Shown here: piece after piece, positions 1-7,460 of the stretch | Layout: every line of letters starts with the position of its first letter | How positions within the stretch are numbered: the first letter of the stretch is position 1 | From: Acetatifactor sp. | GTDB taxonomy: Bacteria; Bacillota; Clostridia; Lachnospirales; Lachnospiraceae | Length of the DNA stretch: 39,375 nt | Reading direction: 5' to 3' | Assembly: GCA_045639165.1 (NCBI GenBank) | Contig: JAZUCP010000220.1 | Coordinates: 1-39,375 of the forward strand | Position numbers and translations under genes: made by a program | Notes under the pieces: model-generated | The model's input: the letters and a program-made list of their open reading frames with translations, nothing else | What the model was told of the DNA's origin: nothing | Databases searched by the model: none

Positions 1-141
1 ATGGCTCTGGCTCTGGCTCTGGCTATGGCTCTGGCTCTGGCGATGGCTCTGGCTATGGCTCTGGCGCTGGCATAGGATCATTTGATGGTCATAAAGTATA
101 TCTGATTGATGGAGTCCAGACAATAATCAAACACGCTCACG
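1..141 (+). repeat. Terminal direct repeat (copy 1), circular assembly overlap
   Basis: 1-141 identical to 39235-39375; an ORF reads through the junction in frame. Confidence 0.95.
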
Positions 142-533
142 GGCCATTTGCAAAAGGATTTATTTTAAACAATGATTTTACACTTTCCCAATGCTTTGTA
201 GCCAAGGGGCGAGGATATTTTGCGCACGGGAAAACAGGTGAAGAAGCTAGGGACGCACTACTAGCAAAAATCTTTGAGGATATGGATTCTGATGAAGTAA
301 TTGAGTCATTTTTGCAAAGATTTAAAAAGGACGAGCAATACCCTGGAACAGACTTCTTTGAATGGCATCATTACCTTACGGGATCGTGTTTAATGGGGAG
401 AGAATCCTTTGTAAAGAATCGTGATCTGGATGTAAATGCCATGTACACGGTGGAAGAATTTATATCAATTTGCGAAAACGATTATGGCGGAGAAATCATC
501 AAGAAGTTAAAGGAAAGATTGGAATACATTTGA
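1..533 (+). CDS. 3' part of Gly-X repeat protein (starts at 39078, spans the origin; about 229 aa)
   Basis: Frame from ATG 39078 (MEKIEKWLSDNPINSGYGSG...) stays open through GIGSFDGHKVYLIDGVQT...FAHG into the ORF 282-533. Confidence 0.85.
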   Translation, partial: GSGSGSGYGSGSGDGSGYGSGAGIGSFDGHKVYLIDGVQTIIKHAHGPFAKGFILNNDFTLSQCFVAKGRGYFAHGKTGEEARDALLAKIFEDMDSDEVIESFLQRFKKDEQYPGTDFFEWHHYLTGSCLMGRESFVKNRDLDVNAMYTVEEFISICENDYGGEIIKKLKERLEYI

Positions 534-660
534 AAATAGGTTAATCCGGCGGGATTAACACCTCCAGGTTCATACCACGGAACGGAATTTGTGAGGCCAT
601 TTCCCCCGATTGTTAGATTTCATCTAGGAGCTCGCTTGGGCTCCTAGAGAAAGGAGAAAC

Positions 661-996
661 ATGACAAAGACGATTGATATATCATCTTTGATACCGGTTG
701 GATATGAGAATGCTATAAGCAGGATGAATCTCTGTATTAAAGCAAGGATGACCGATCGGAAGGTTCGAAAAAATATAGAGATGTCGGATGTTCTTATAAT
801 AAACCTCGGAACCGGATATTTCATACCATTGGATGAAGAAGAAAGCCTTGTAAAGCGGTATAAATATCAAGAGATGGCACGAAGACAGGGAATCAATAGG
901 AAGCTGCAAAAGGTCGATTCCTGGCTGAATGTAAGAAAACACAATGATGATTCTTTCACGGATCAAATAGGACTGGAAGAATTTATGGAGATTTAG
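661..996 (+). CDS. Hypothetical phage protein (possible wHTH)
   Basis: AGAAAGGAG SD, 111 aa, co-oriented in the early operon. Confidence 0.75.
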   Translation: MTKTIDISSLIPVGYENAISRMNLCIKARMTDRKVRKNIEMSDVLIINLGTGYFIPLDEEESLVKRYKYQEMARRQGINRKLQKVDSWLNVRKHNDDSFTDQIGLEEFMEI

Positions 997-1000
997 AATA

Positions 1001-1804
1001 ATGGCAGGCAGAAATAACAAAGTCGGACTTGATTACTTTGAATTAGACTGCCACATGGATGACAAGGTTAAATTGGTACAGGCAGAATTTGGACTGAAAG
1101 GCTTTGCAGTTTTCGTCAAACTTCTCCAGAAAATATATGGGGAAAATGGTTACTACTGTGAATGGACTAAAGACCAGGAGCTTCTATTTGCGTCTGAAAA
1201 TGGTTTGGATAGCGGTTCCATACAACTCTTAGGGGATATAGTGAGTGCCTGTATCAGAAGGGACATTTTTTCAGAAAAACTTTTTAAAAAGTACGGTGTG
1301 CTTACGTCCACAGGGATTCAGAAGCAGTACCTGAAAGCTACAGTCAAGCGTGAAGTTGTAAGTATGAAAAAAGAGTACCTTTTAATTATCATACCCGAAA
1401 ACCGGGAAAATGTGGTAGTTAACACTATTTCTTCCGGAAGAAATGCCATTTCTGGTGGAAGAAATGCGCAGAGTAGAGGAAAGAAGAGTAGAGTAGAGAA
1501 AAGTAGAGAGGGGGACGCGGAAACCCACTTCACCCCACCAACAGCGGAAGAAGTAAAAGCATATTGTTTGGAAAAAGGGTACAAAGTAGATCCAGAGCGG
1601 TTTGTAGATTTTTATACTTCCAAAGGGTGGATTGTTGGAAAAACAAAAATGAAAGACTGGAAAGCTGCGGTGAGAAATTGGTCCAGATCAGATACAAAAG
1701 AAAAACCAAAAGAACCAGTAAAACCAAAGAAAAACTCATTCCAGAATTTCAAGCAGCGGGATTATGATTTTGAAGCATTAGAAAAAGCATTGGTAAATAG
1801 GTGA
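1001..1804 (+). CDS. Replication initiator protein (DUF4373/Lin1244-like N-terminus)
   Basis: N-terminal GLDYFELD...GYY motif, low-complexity linker, C-terminal FTPPT..EV..Y...F..FY.SKGW..MKDWKAA domain typical of phage replisome organisers. Confidence 0.8.
   Translation: MAGRNNKVGLDYFELDCHMDDKVKLVQAEFGLKGFAVFVKLLQKIYGENGYYCEWTKDQELLFASENGLDSGSIQLLGDIVSACIRRDIFSEKLFKKYGVLTSTGIQKQYLKATVKREVVSMKKEYLLIIIPENRENVVVNTISSGRNAISGGRNAQSRGKKSRVEKSREGDAETHFTPPTAEEVKAYCLEKGYKVDPERFVDFYTSKGWIVGKTKMKDWKAAVRNWSRSDTKEKPKEPVKPKKNSFQNFKQRDYDFEALEKALVNR
1427..1465. repeat. Putative replication-origin iterons inside the initiator gene
   Basis: Perfect 18-bp palindrome ATTTCTTCCGGAAGAAAT (1427-1444) and imperfect copy ATTTCTGGTGGAAGAAAT (1448-1465), followed by a purine tract. 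Confidence 0.5.
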
Positions 1805-1807
1805 TGT

Positions 1808-2137
1808 ATGAAAAGAGAAGAGAAGATACAGGTGATTGCGGATCACTACGGATATGACAGGCAATGTAAACAACTCATAGAAGAAATGGGAGAGTTGACA
1901 CAGGCCATATGCAAGGTCTGGAGAGCCAACAATGATATGGATCTGGGCAGTATTGACTATTTATGTATGAATCCATATGTGTTGTGTTCTATAAAATCCA
2001 TGATTGGAGAGTGTGCGGATGTTTTTGTGATGATTAGTCAGATTGCATATCTGCTTGGAATGAAGACGGACATTGATAGGATCGTGGACCAGAAGTTGGA
2101 TAGGCAAATCCAGAGAATAAAGGAGAAAAAGATATGA
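1808..2137 (+). CDS. MazG-like nucleotide pyrophosphohydrolase
   Basis: EEMGEL...GECADV all-alpha NTP-PPase motifs. Confidence 0.7.
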   Translation: MKREEKIQVIADHYGYDRQCKQLIEEMGELTQAICKVWRANNDMDLGSIDYLCMNPYVLCSIKSMIGECADVFVMISQIAYLLGMKTDIDRIVDQKLDRQIQRIKEKKI

Positions 2138-2379
2138 AGAAGGAAAGGAATATAGACATTGGCAGTGTGATTATTATGAAGGTTGTTCGTGATAACAATA
2201 TGGTGTTTGAGGAACTGTATCAGATTGAAGAATTCTATCGGTCATTCATTCTTTGCAGACACATTAAGAGCGGCTACAGGGAGTGTTTTTCTCCGCACGA
2301 TTTATGGAAAGCAGGTGCTATCAGCTGGAACCAGAGAAATAATTACAACCAGTCAACGGGATTTGCATGTGGAGGCTGA
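2134..2379 (+). CDS. Hypothetical protein
   Basis: ATGA overlap with the previous gene. Confidence 0.65.
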   Translation: MKKERNIDIGSVIIMKVVRDNNMVFEELYQIEEFYRSFILCRHIKSGYRECFSPHDLWKAGAISWNQRNNYNQSTGFACGG

Positions 2380-2380
2380 T

Positions 2381-2776
2381 ATGGAGCTTGTAAAGCAAAT
2401 AGAAAGTAGAAGGACAGAAAGGGGACATTTGGAAAAATGGGGAGTTTTCAAATGCCCGATATGCGGAAAGCATGTTGAAAAAAGATTGAAACCTGGAACG
2501 TATGCTGCAACATGTTCTCCGCATTGTGGAAGAATTTATGCAATGCAAAACACGGTGAAAGATTCAAAAAAGAAAAACGGCATGACAGTGGAATATGCTC
2601 AAAAATCTGTTCCAACGGAATGCGTTGGGTGTGGCTACTGGGAAAATGATGGATGTAAATTCAGCCGCGTGCATGGGTTTACGAGAACAGGTTTTTTGAA
2701 AGGAAGAACATGCAGAGAAGCTGGTATCTATACCAAAAAAGTCCAGAAAGTCAAAACTGTCCCAACGGTTTTATAG
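2381..2776 (+). CDS. Cys-rich (zinc-finger) hypothetical protein
   Basis: GGAGG SD before ATG 2381; CPIC...CSPHC and CVGC motifs. Confidence 0.7.
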   Translation: MELVKQIESRRTERGHLEKWGVFKCPICGKHVEKRLKPGTYAATCSPHCGRIYAMQNTVKDSKKKNGMTVEYAQKSVPTECVGCGYWENDGCKFSRVHGFTRTGFLKGRTCREAGIYTKKVQKVKTVPTVL

Positions 2777-2785
2777 GAGGAAGAT

Positions 2786-3010
2786 ATGGAAACTCAAATG
2801 AAAATGTATTCCTTTATTGTTGAATATATACAGGCACATGGATATGGTCCCACGTTGCGTGAGATTGGTACAGGTGTAGGTATTAAAAGCACAAACACGG
2901 TATGGAATCATTTGAGGAAAATGTTTGCCGCCGGAATACTTGAGACTGATGCTCAAAATGCACCCCGTGCAATACGGGTCCCTGGGTATGAATTTGTGAG
3001 GAAAAAATAA
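2786..3010 (+). CDS. LexA-type DNA-binding domain protein (no peptidase domain)
   Basis: FIVEYIQAHGYGPTLREIG..VGIKS..TV..HL..M...G...PRAI matches the LexA N-terminal wHTH. Confidence 0.8.
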   Translation: METQMKMYSFIVEYIQAHGYGPTLREIGTGVGIKSTNTVWNHLRKMFAAGILETDAQNAPRAIRVPGYEFVRKK

Positions 3011-3059
3011 TGATAAATGGAGATGTGATCGTTGATAATTCGGGTGGAGGTTTCGGGAG

Positions 3060-3356
3060 TTGAGAATTCATATAATTGGTGACTTCTACGTGGATGCAGG
3101 ACCCAAGAACTTTATTTTAAAAGAGCAATATGTGGGCAAAACAAAGACCGGCGAACCCAGAATAGGGGAAAGGTTTATAGGAAGCTATAACGATATTTCC
3201 GCGGCGGTTTACAAATGCTTGCAGCTGAACGTGTTAAATGGCGCAAAAGCCGTTGAATTGTGGGAGTATGTAAAAAGGGTCGAGGAATCAAACAGAGAGG
3301 CTGTAAACAGTGTAAAAAAAGAAATAGAGATATTGATGCAGGGGGCAAACAAATGA
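3060..3356 (+). CDS. Hypothetical protein
   Basis: GGAGG SD, TTG start, 98 aa. Confidence 0.65.
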   Translation: MRIHIIGDFYVDAGPKNFILKEQYVGKTKTGEPRIGERFIGSYNDISAAVYKCLQLNVLNGAKAVELWEYVKRVEESNREAVNSVKKEIEILMQGANK

Positions 3357-3481
3357 ATATTTACAAAAAGCTTTTTTGCCTGCATGATTGGCGGATATAC
3401 AGCTCAAAATGCGTTCTCGGAATAACCGAAGACAGGATGATCTGCAAAAAGTGCGGAAAAGTGAAGATTGTGGAAGGATAA
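3353..3481 (+). CDS. Small zinc-ribbon protein
   Basis: MNIYKKLFCLHDW...CKKCGK; ATGA overlap. Confidence 0.6.
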   Translation: MNIYKKLFCLHDWRIYSSKCVLGITEDRMICKKCGKVKIVEG

Positions 3482-3492
3482 GGGGGGATGAT

Positions 3493-3870
3493 ATGTACAA
3501 ATCACCGATTGAAATTATGCATGATGAATTGAAAATGGAGATGGAAGGCGAAGTGCTAAAAGCTGTTCAGAGAGTCGGAGTGAATGTTGATAAAGAAGAA
3601 CTGATAAAGGCTTTAAAATATGACCGAAATCAGTACAAAAAAGGATATGAAGCCGGGTTGAGTGCTTGCAAGTGGATTCCTTGCAGTGAGAGGCTGCCGG
3701 AGGTGCAGAAGGATTGTCTGGTTACCGCAAAGTATTCTGGTTTTATGGGTATGTATGGGACATGGGTGAAAACAGGATATCTGAATTCAAAATGGGCTTG
3801 GAATGGTGATTGTTTCGGTGGAGAAGTTGTTGCCTGGATGCCACTGCCAGAGCCGTATAAGGGAGAATAA
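3493..3870 (+). CDS. DUF551-like phage protein
   Basis: WIPCSERLPE...VVAWMPLPEPY signature. Confidence 0.8.
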   Translation: MYKSPIEIMHDELKMEMEGEVLKAVQRVGVNVDKEELIKALKYDRNQYKKGYEAGLSACKWIPCSERLPEVQKDCLVTAKYSGFMGMYGTWVKTGYLNSKWAWNGDCFGGEVVAWMPLPEPYKGE

Positions 3871-3871
3871 T

Positions 3872-4246
3872 ATGGAGAGATTGAGCATAGATGAAATCAT
3901 TTCCCATTGCGAGAGTAGGGTAAAAGTAAAAGAATGTATTGTTCCATCAGAAGTATATGAGACTATGCCGATTGATAATGTGTATGCAAAAGAATATTGG
4001 GAACACAGGCAGGTTGCAGAATACTTAAAAGAATTAAAAGAATACAGGCAGGCTGAGGAACAGGGGCTGTTGCTGCGGTTGCCAGTTAGACCAAATGAAA
4101 TGGTGTGGTGTTCTGATGAATTTGACATACGGCAAGTGATGTATGGTAGTGCTTCATCAATTTTGTGCGATATTGAACATGGAAAGGGTATTGGACACAC
4201 CAAAGCCGAAGCCGAAAAAGCACTGGCAGAAATGGGGCATAATTAG
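3872..4246 (+). CDS. Hypothetical protein
   Basis: GGGAG SD; EEQGLLLRLPV...EAEKAL motif common in Bacillota phage early genes. Confidence 0.7.
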   Translation: MERLSIDEIISHCESRVKVKECIVPSEVYETMPIDNVYAKEYWEHRQVAEYLKELKEYRQAEEQGLLLRLPVRPNEMVWCSDEFDIRQVMYGSASSILCDIEHGKGIGHTKAEAEKALAEMGHN

Positions 4247-4263
4247 GATTTAGGAGGAATATA

Positions 4264-4422
4264 ATGGCAAAATTTCTTAAAAACGGTGAATTGGACGATA
4301 AGAAAATCATTGATGCATTGCGCAAAGCTACCATTGATTATGAAAATGGCGAACTGATTGAGGTTAGGGATTTACTTTTGGAAATTGTCAATGCCATAGA
4401 TGAGTTTGATGCACTAAACTGA
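4264..4422 (+). CDS. Small acidic hypothetical protein (52 aa; not in ORF track)
   Basis: AGGAGG SD; MAKFLKNGELDDKKIIDAL...DEFDALN. Confidence 0.7.
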   Translation: MAKFLKNGELDDKKIIDALRKATIDYENGELIEVRDLLLEIVNAIDEFDALN

Positions 4423-4453
4423 AATTTAGATGTCGAAGAAATGGGGTGATGGG

Positions 4454-4693
4454 ATGCGGCCGATAGATGCAGATGAATTGTGTGAAGGAAGGGTTAACAA
4501 TGACCCGGTAAAAATTGCGGCTATGTGTGCACCCACCATCGAAGCCGTGCCGGTGGTGCATGGGGAGTGGGTGAACGGAAAATGTTCAATATGCGGTGCG
4601 TGTATTCCGACAGATTGCGCCTTTGATTATTTGTCGGAAGAGGATTGTTGTTTTTGTTATGCGTGCGGAGCAGACATGAGAAAGAAGGTGTGA
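4454..4693 (+). CDS. Zinc-ribbon phage protein
   Basis: MRPIDAD...APTIEAVPVVHGEW..CSICG...CYACGADM signature. Confidence 0.75.
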   Translation: MRPIDADELCEGRVNNDPVKIAAMCAPTIEAVPVVHGEWVNGKCSICGACIPTDCAFDYLSEEDCCFCYACGADMRKKV

Positions 4694-4694
4694 T

Positions 4695-5048
4695 ATGAAA
4701 AAGACAGTAGTATTTGATTTTGATGGTGTAATTCATTCATATTCAAGTGGATGGAAGGGGGAAACCAATATTCCGGACGAGCCGGTGCCTGGAATTGAGA
4801 AAGCATTAAAGGAAATCCACGAAGCTGGATATGAAATTGTTGTGGTATCAACACGTTGTGCCTATCCTGGAGGGATGGCGGCAATAAATGATTGGCTTCT
4901 TGAAAATGACTTGCTGCGGTATGTTGATATAATATGCAAGGAGAAACCGCCTGCGGTTGTTTATATTGATGACAGAGCGATCTGCTTTGATGGGCATCCA
5001 GAAACATTGCTTGAAAAAATCAACGGTTTCAAGCCGTGGAACAAATAA
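4695..5048 (+). CDS. HAD-superfamily phosphatase-like protein
   Basis: FDFDGVI motif I, STR motif II, KP..YIDD motifs III/IV. Confidence 0.8.
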   Translation: MKKTVVFDFDGVIHSYSSGWKGETNIPDEPVPGIEKALKEIHEAGYEIVVVSTRCAYPGGMAAINDWLLENDLLRYVDIICKEKPPAVVYIDDRAICFDGHPETLLEKINGFKPWNK

Positions 5049-5064
5049 GGGGGTCGGATAGATA

Positions 5065-5268
5065 ATGGACGCAAAAATGGCATTTTTAGGGCTTAGTACA
5101 ATGACACACAATTTTTTTCTCAGAGCGGGCGCACGAACCATAAGGGATGTTGTGGAAATTTGCGAGGGTAGAAAATCCAGAAAGAATATTCCAGAACGGT
5201 GTATTAAAGAAGCTAAAGAAGCGGTGGAAATGCAGGAAACACTACTTGGAATAAAATTTTTGAACTGA
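5065..5268 (+). CDS. RNA polymerase alpha-CTD-like protein
   Basis: LGLSTMTHNFFLRAGARTIRDV...KNIPERCIKE resembles the alphaCTD pattern LDLSVRSYNCLKRAGINTV..RNLGRKSLEE. Confidence 0.5.
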   Translation: MDAKMAFLGLSTMTHNFFLRAGARTIRDVVEICEGRKSRKNIPERCIKEAKEAVEMQETLLGIKFLN

Positions 5269-5288
5269 AATCTGGGAGAAGGTGTGAT

Positions 5289-5501
5289 ATGACAGTATAT
5301 GATTATATTGAATTGTTATCAAAAACAGATAAATTGAGTGAGCAGATTGACGAATTTGTAGATAAAAATATAGATGACGAAAAAGCAGATGCTGCTTGCA
5401 TGATTTTAGAAGAGGCTCAAAGTGTTATATGCCAATACAGAGGGCTTGCATATACGCTTACTCAAAAAATCGAAATTGAAAATTGCATAAAAGGAAGGTG
5501 A
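5289..5501 (+). CDS. Hypothetical acidic protein
   Basis: AAGGTG SD, 70 aa. Confidence 0.65.
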   Translation: MTVYDYIELLSKTDKLSEQIDEFVDKNIDDEKADAACMILEEAQSVICQYRGLAYTLTQKIEIENCIKGR

Positions 5502-5506
5502 ACAAA

Positions 5507-5719
5507 ATGAATAACTATTTAGTCATTATAACCACAGTTTTAGTCATTACCCAAGTCATAAGAATTGCACAGAATGCAATCAACTTGCACAGGCAGAACA
5601 CGCTTTACAAAAGGCAGTTGAAAGACCTTGCAGAATATGAATTGCAGAAAGAGGATTTTGAGATGCAGAGAAAGGCCTATAGGCTGATTGTGGAAAGGTT
5701 GGGTGGAGAGAATGAGTGA
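5507..5719 (+). CDS. Hypothetical protein with N-terminal hydrophobic segment
   Basis: MNNYLVIITTVLVITQV; GGAAGGTG SD. Confidence 0.65.
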   Translation: MNNYLVIITTVLVITQVIRIAQNAINLHRQNTLYKRQLKDLAEYELQKEDFEMQRKAYRLIVERLGGENE

Positions 5720-6068
5720 AACAAAGCTTTTGCCCTGCCCATTCTGCGGTGGGGAAGCAGAATTTTATAGAATGACAACAAGACAAAATTTCCGCTGGAG
5801 TGATTGCGTAGGTGTTAGGTGCAAAACATGTGGAGCAAGCTGTAGCGAAGTGCTTTACGATGCAAGAATACATTCAAATGACGAAGACTATTATGAAGCG
5901 GAAAAACACTGGAACACTCGGAAGCCAATGGAGCGGATCGTGGAGCGGTTGGAAGAGGTAAAAACAAAAGGATATGTCACTGGAATAACAGCAAATCCAT
6001 ACGAGTTTGCTTCCTGCCATGCAATGGATAGAGCAATCAAAATCGTGATGGAAGAAGGTGGGTTATGA
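5712..6068 (+). CDS. Lar-family restriction alleviation-like zinc-ribbon protein
   Basis: LLPCPFCGGEA...C..CGA...WNTR signature. Confidence 0.75.
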   Translation: MSETKLLPCPFCGGEAEFYRMTTRQNFRWSDCVGVRCKTCGASCSEVLYDARIHSNDEDYYEAEKHWNTRKPMERIVERLEEVKTKGYVTGITANPYEFASCHAMDRAIKIVMEEGGL

Positions 6069-6388
6069 ATAAACCGAACATAAAAAACGAGTATAGCGAC
6101 AAATTTGACGAACTGCGCAGGAATCGCGTTGATGTCAGTTTTTACAAGTACGGACCTGCAAAAGACAATTTTGGGACTGGTAATGTAAACGCGATTGCCA
6201 CTATGGAGAAATGTATAGAGAAGTACAACGCAACAGGAAATACGGAATACCTTTGCGACGCTGCAAATTATGCAATGTTTGAATTCATGTATCCACAACA
6301 TCCAAAAGCACATTTCCGCGCCACAGATAGCGGAGAAAGTGCCGGAATCGTGGGAATGAGTGTTAAAGAATTGGAGGAATGGACATAA
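6065..6388 (+). CDS. Hypothetical phage protein (possible NTP pyrophosphohydrolase-like)
   Basis: KYG...GNTEYLCDAANYAMFEF motif; ATGA overlap. Confidence 0.65.
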   Translation: MNKPNIKNEYSDKFDELRRNRVDVSFYKYGPAKDNFGTGNVNAIATMEKCIEKYNATGNTEYLCDAANYAMFEFMYPQHPKAHFRATDSGESAGIVGMSVKELEEWT

Positions 6389-6645
6389 TAACTGATTATG
6401 AACATATCCTGATCTGCGCTGTCCGATATGCTCTTGGCAGAATGTCCTACATGGTGAGCATTGTCTGCGAATACGTTGCCAGTAAACACCGGGAATTATC
6501 AGAACACTGCATAGATATCATCATCCGGGACATTGAAGAGGAAATCGAGATGTGCCACAAGATTGGCAGAACATGCGGAATGGAATGTGATGAAAGAGAA
6601 TGGATGCGGTTGTTGGAAACACTGAAGAAAAAAGAATGTGGGTAA
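6379..6645 (+). CDS. Hypothetical phage protein
   Basis: GGAGG SD; CAVRYALGRMSY motif. Confidence 0.7.
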   Translation: MDIITDYEHILICAVRYALGRMSYMVSIVCEYVASKHRELSEHCIDIIIRDIEEEIEMCHKIGRTCGMECDEREWMRLLETLKKKECG

Positions 6646-6804
6646 AACAATGCAGGCTTGCAACAGCCAACACCGAAATCGTGCAGAGCGAATCTACCTG
6701 CATTTTACCCCTACATAAAGTATACGATTGAAATATTAGAGTTACGCGATTTTTAAAAAATATGCGCATTTTTGCAATGTTTTACAAAAAATACAGGAGG
6801 AAAT

Positions 6805-7104
6805 ATGAAAACAAGAGAAACTGGTTATGATGACTACGGTTTTGAGAAAAAAGAAGATAAAAGATTAAAAGCATATTGCCAAAGCGTGGAATTCGATGAC
6901 CAGATTCTATTGTTCCATGCGTGCCTCGAAGCAAATAAGCAGCTGGCAGGAACCTTGTATTATTCCCTGGTAAATAATTTGTCATACGAGGATATTGACC
7001 AGAGGAAATACGTACCGATTTCAAAGGGAGATTTCTACGGATGGCAGCGGAAAGCATTGAACATATTCCGCAATCTGCTGATATTGAGCGGAAAATGGGT
7101 GTAA
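6805..7104 (+). CDS. Putative late-transcription activator (RinA/ArpU-like position and C-terminal HTH)
   Basis: AGGAGG SD; LSYEDI....ISKGDFYGWQRKAL HTH-like C-terminus; last gene before the packaging module. Confidence 0.55.
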   Translation: MKTRETGYDDYGFEKKEDKRLKAYCQSVEFDDQILLFHACLEANKQLAGTLYYSLVNNLSYEDIDQRKYVPISKGDFYGWQRKALNIFRNLLILSGKWV

Positions 7105-7199
7105 GGTGCATACCAATCAAGTACTCTTTATGGTTTATACTGATACTGAAATACTATAAACCATTAAGAGTATTTTTTTATATTGGACAAGGGGAAAAA

Positions 7200-7460
7200 A
7201 TGAACATCAACAGGACAATGAAAAAGCTCCAGAATGCAATACTGCATAAAGGAATGATGATTAAGATCAATACAAATCAGTTTTTCTCTGAAGAGCAGGA
7301 AAGAATGATTATTTCATATAGGGTGTACACACCTGTATTGTGTTATTCACGGATGAAAGGTTATTACACTACGGATTATGAGATACTAAAAACATGTTCT
7401 GTTTCCGAAGTTGTATTTTGCTTATTTGATATATATAAGGCGGTGAAGGAATGGAATTGA
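7200..7460 (+). CDS. Hypothetical protein upstream of terminase
   Basis: AAGGGG SD; overlaps the terminase start. Confidence 0.65.
   Translation: MNINRTMKKLQNAILHKGMMIKINTNQFFSEEQERMIISYRVYTPVLCYSRMKGYYTTDYEILKTCSVSEVVFCLFDIYKAVKEWN

Noticed and set aside
1..141. Biological terminal repeat of the virion DNA
   Set aside because: Falls mid-gene and matches a common assembler k-mer length; best explained as a circular overlap
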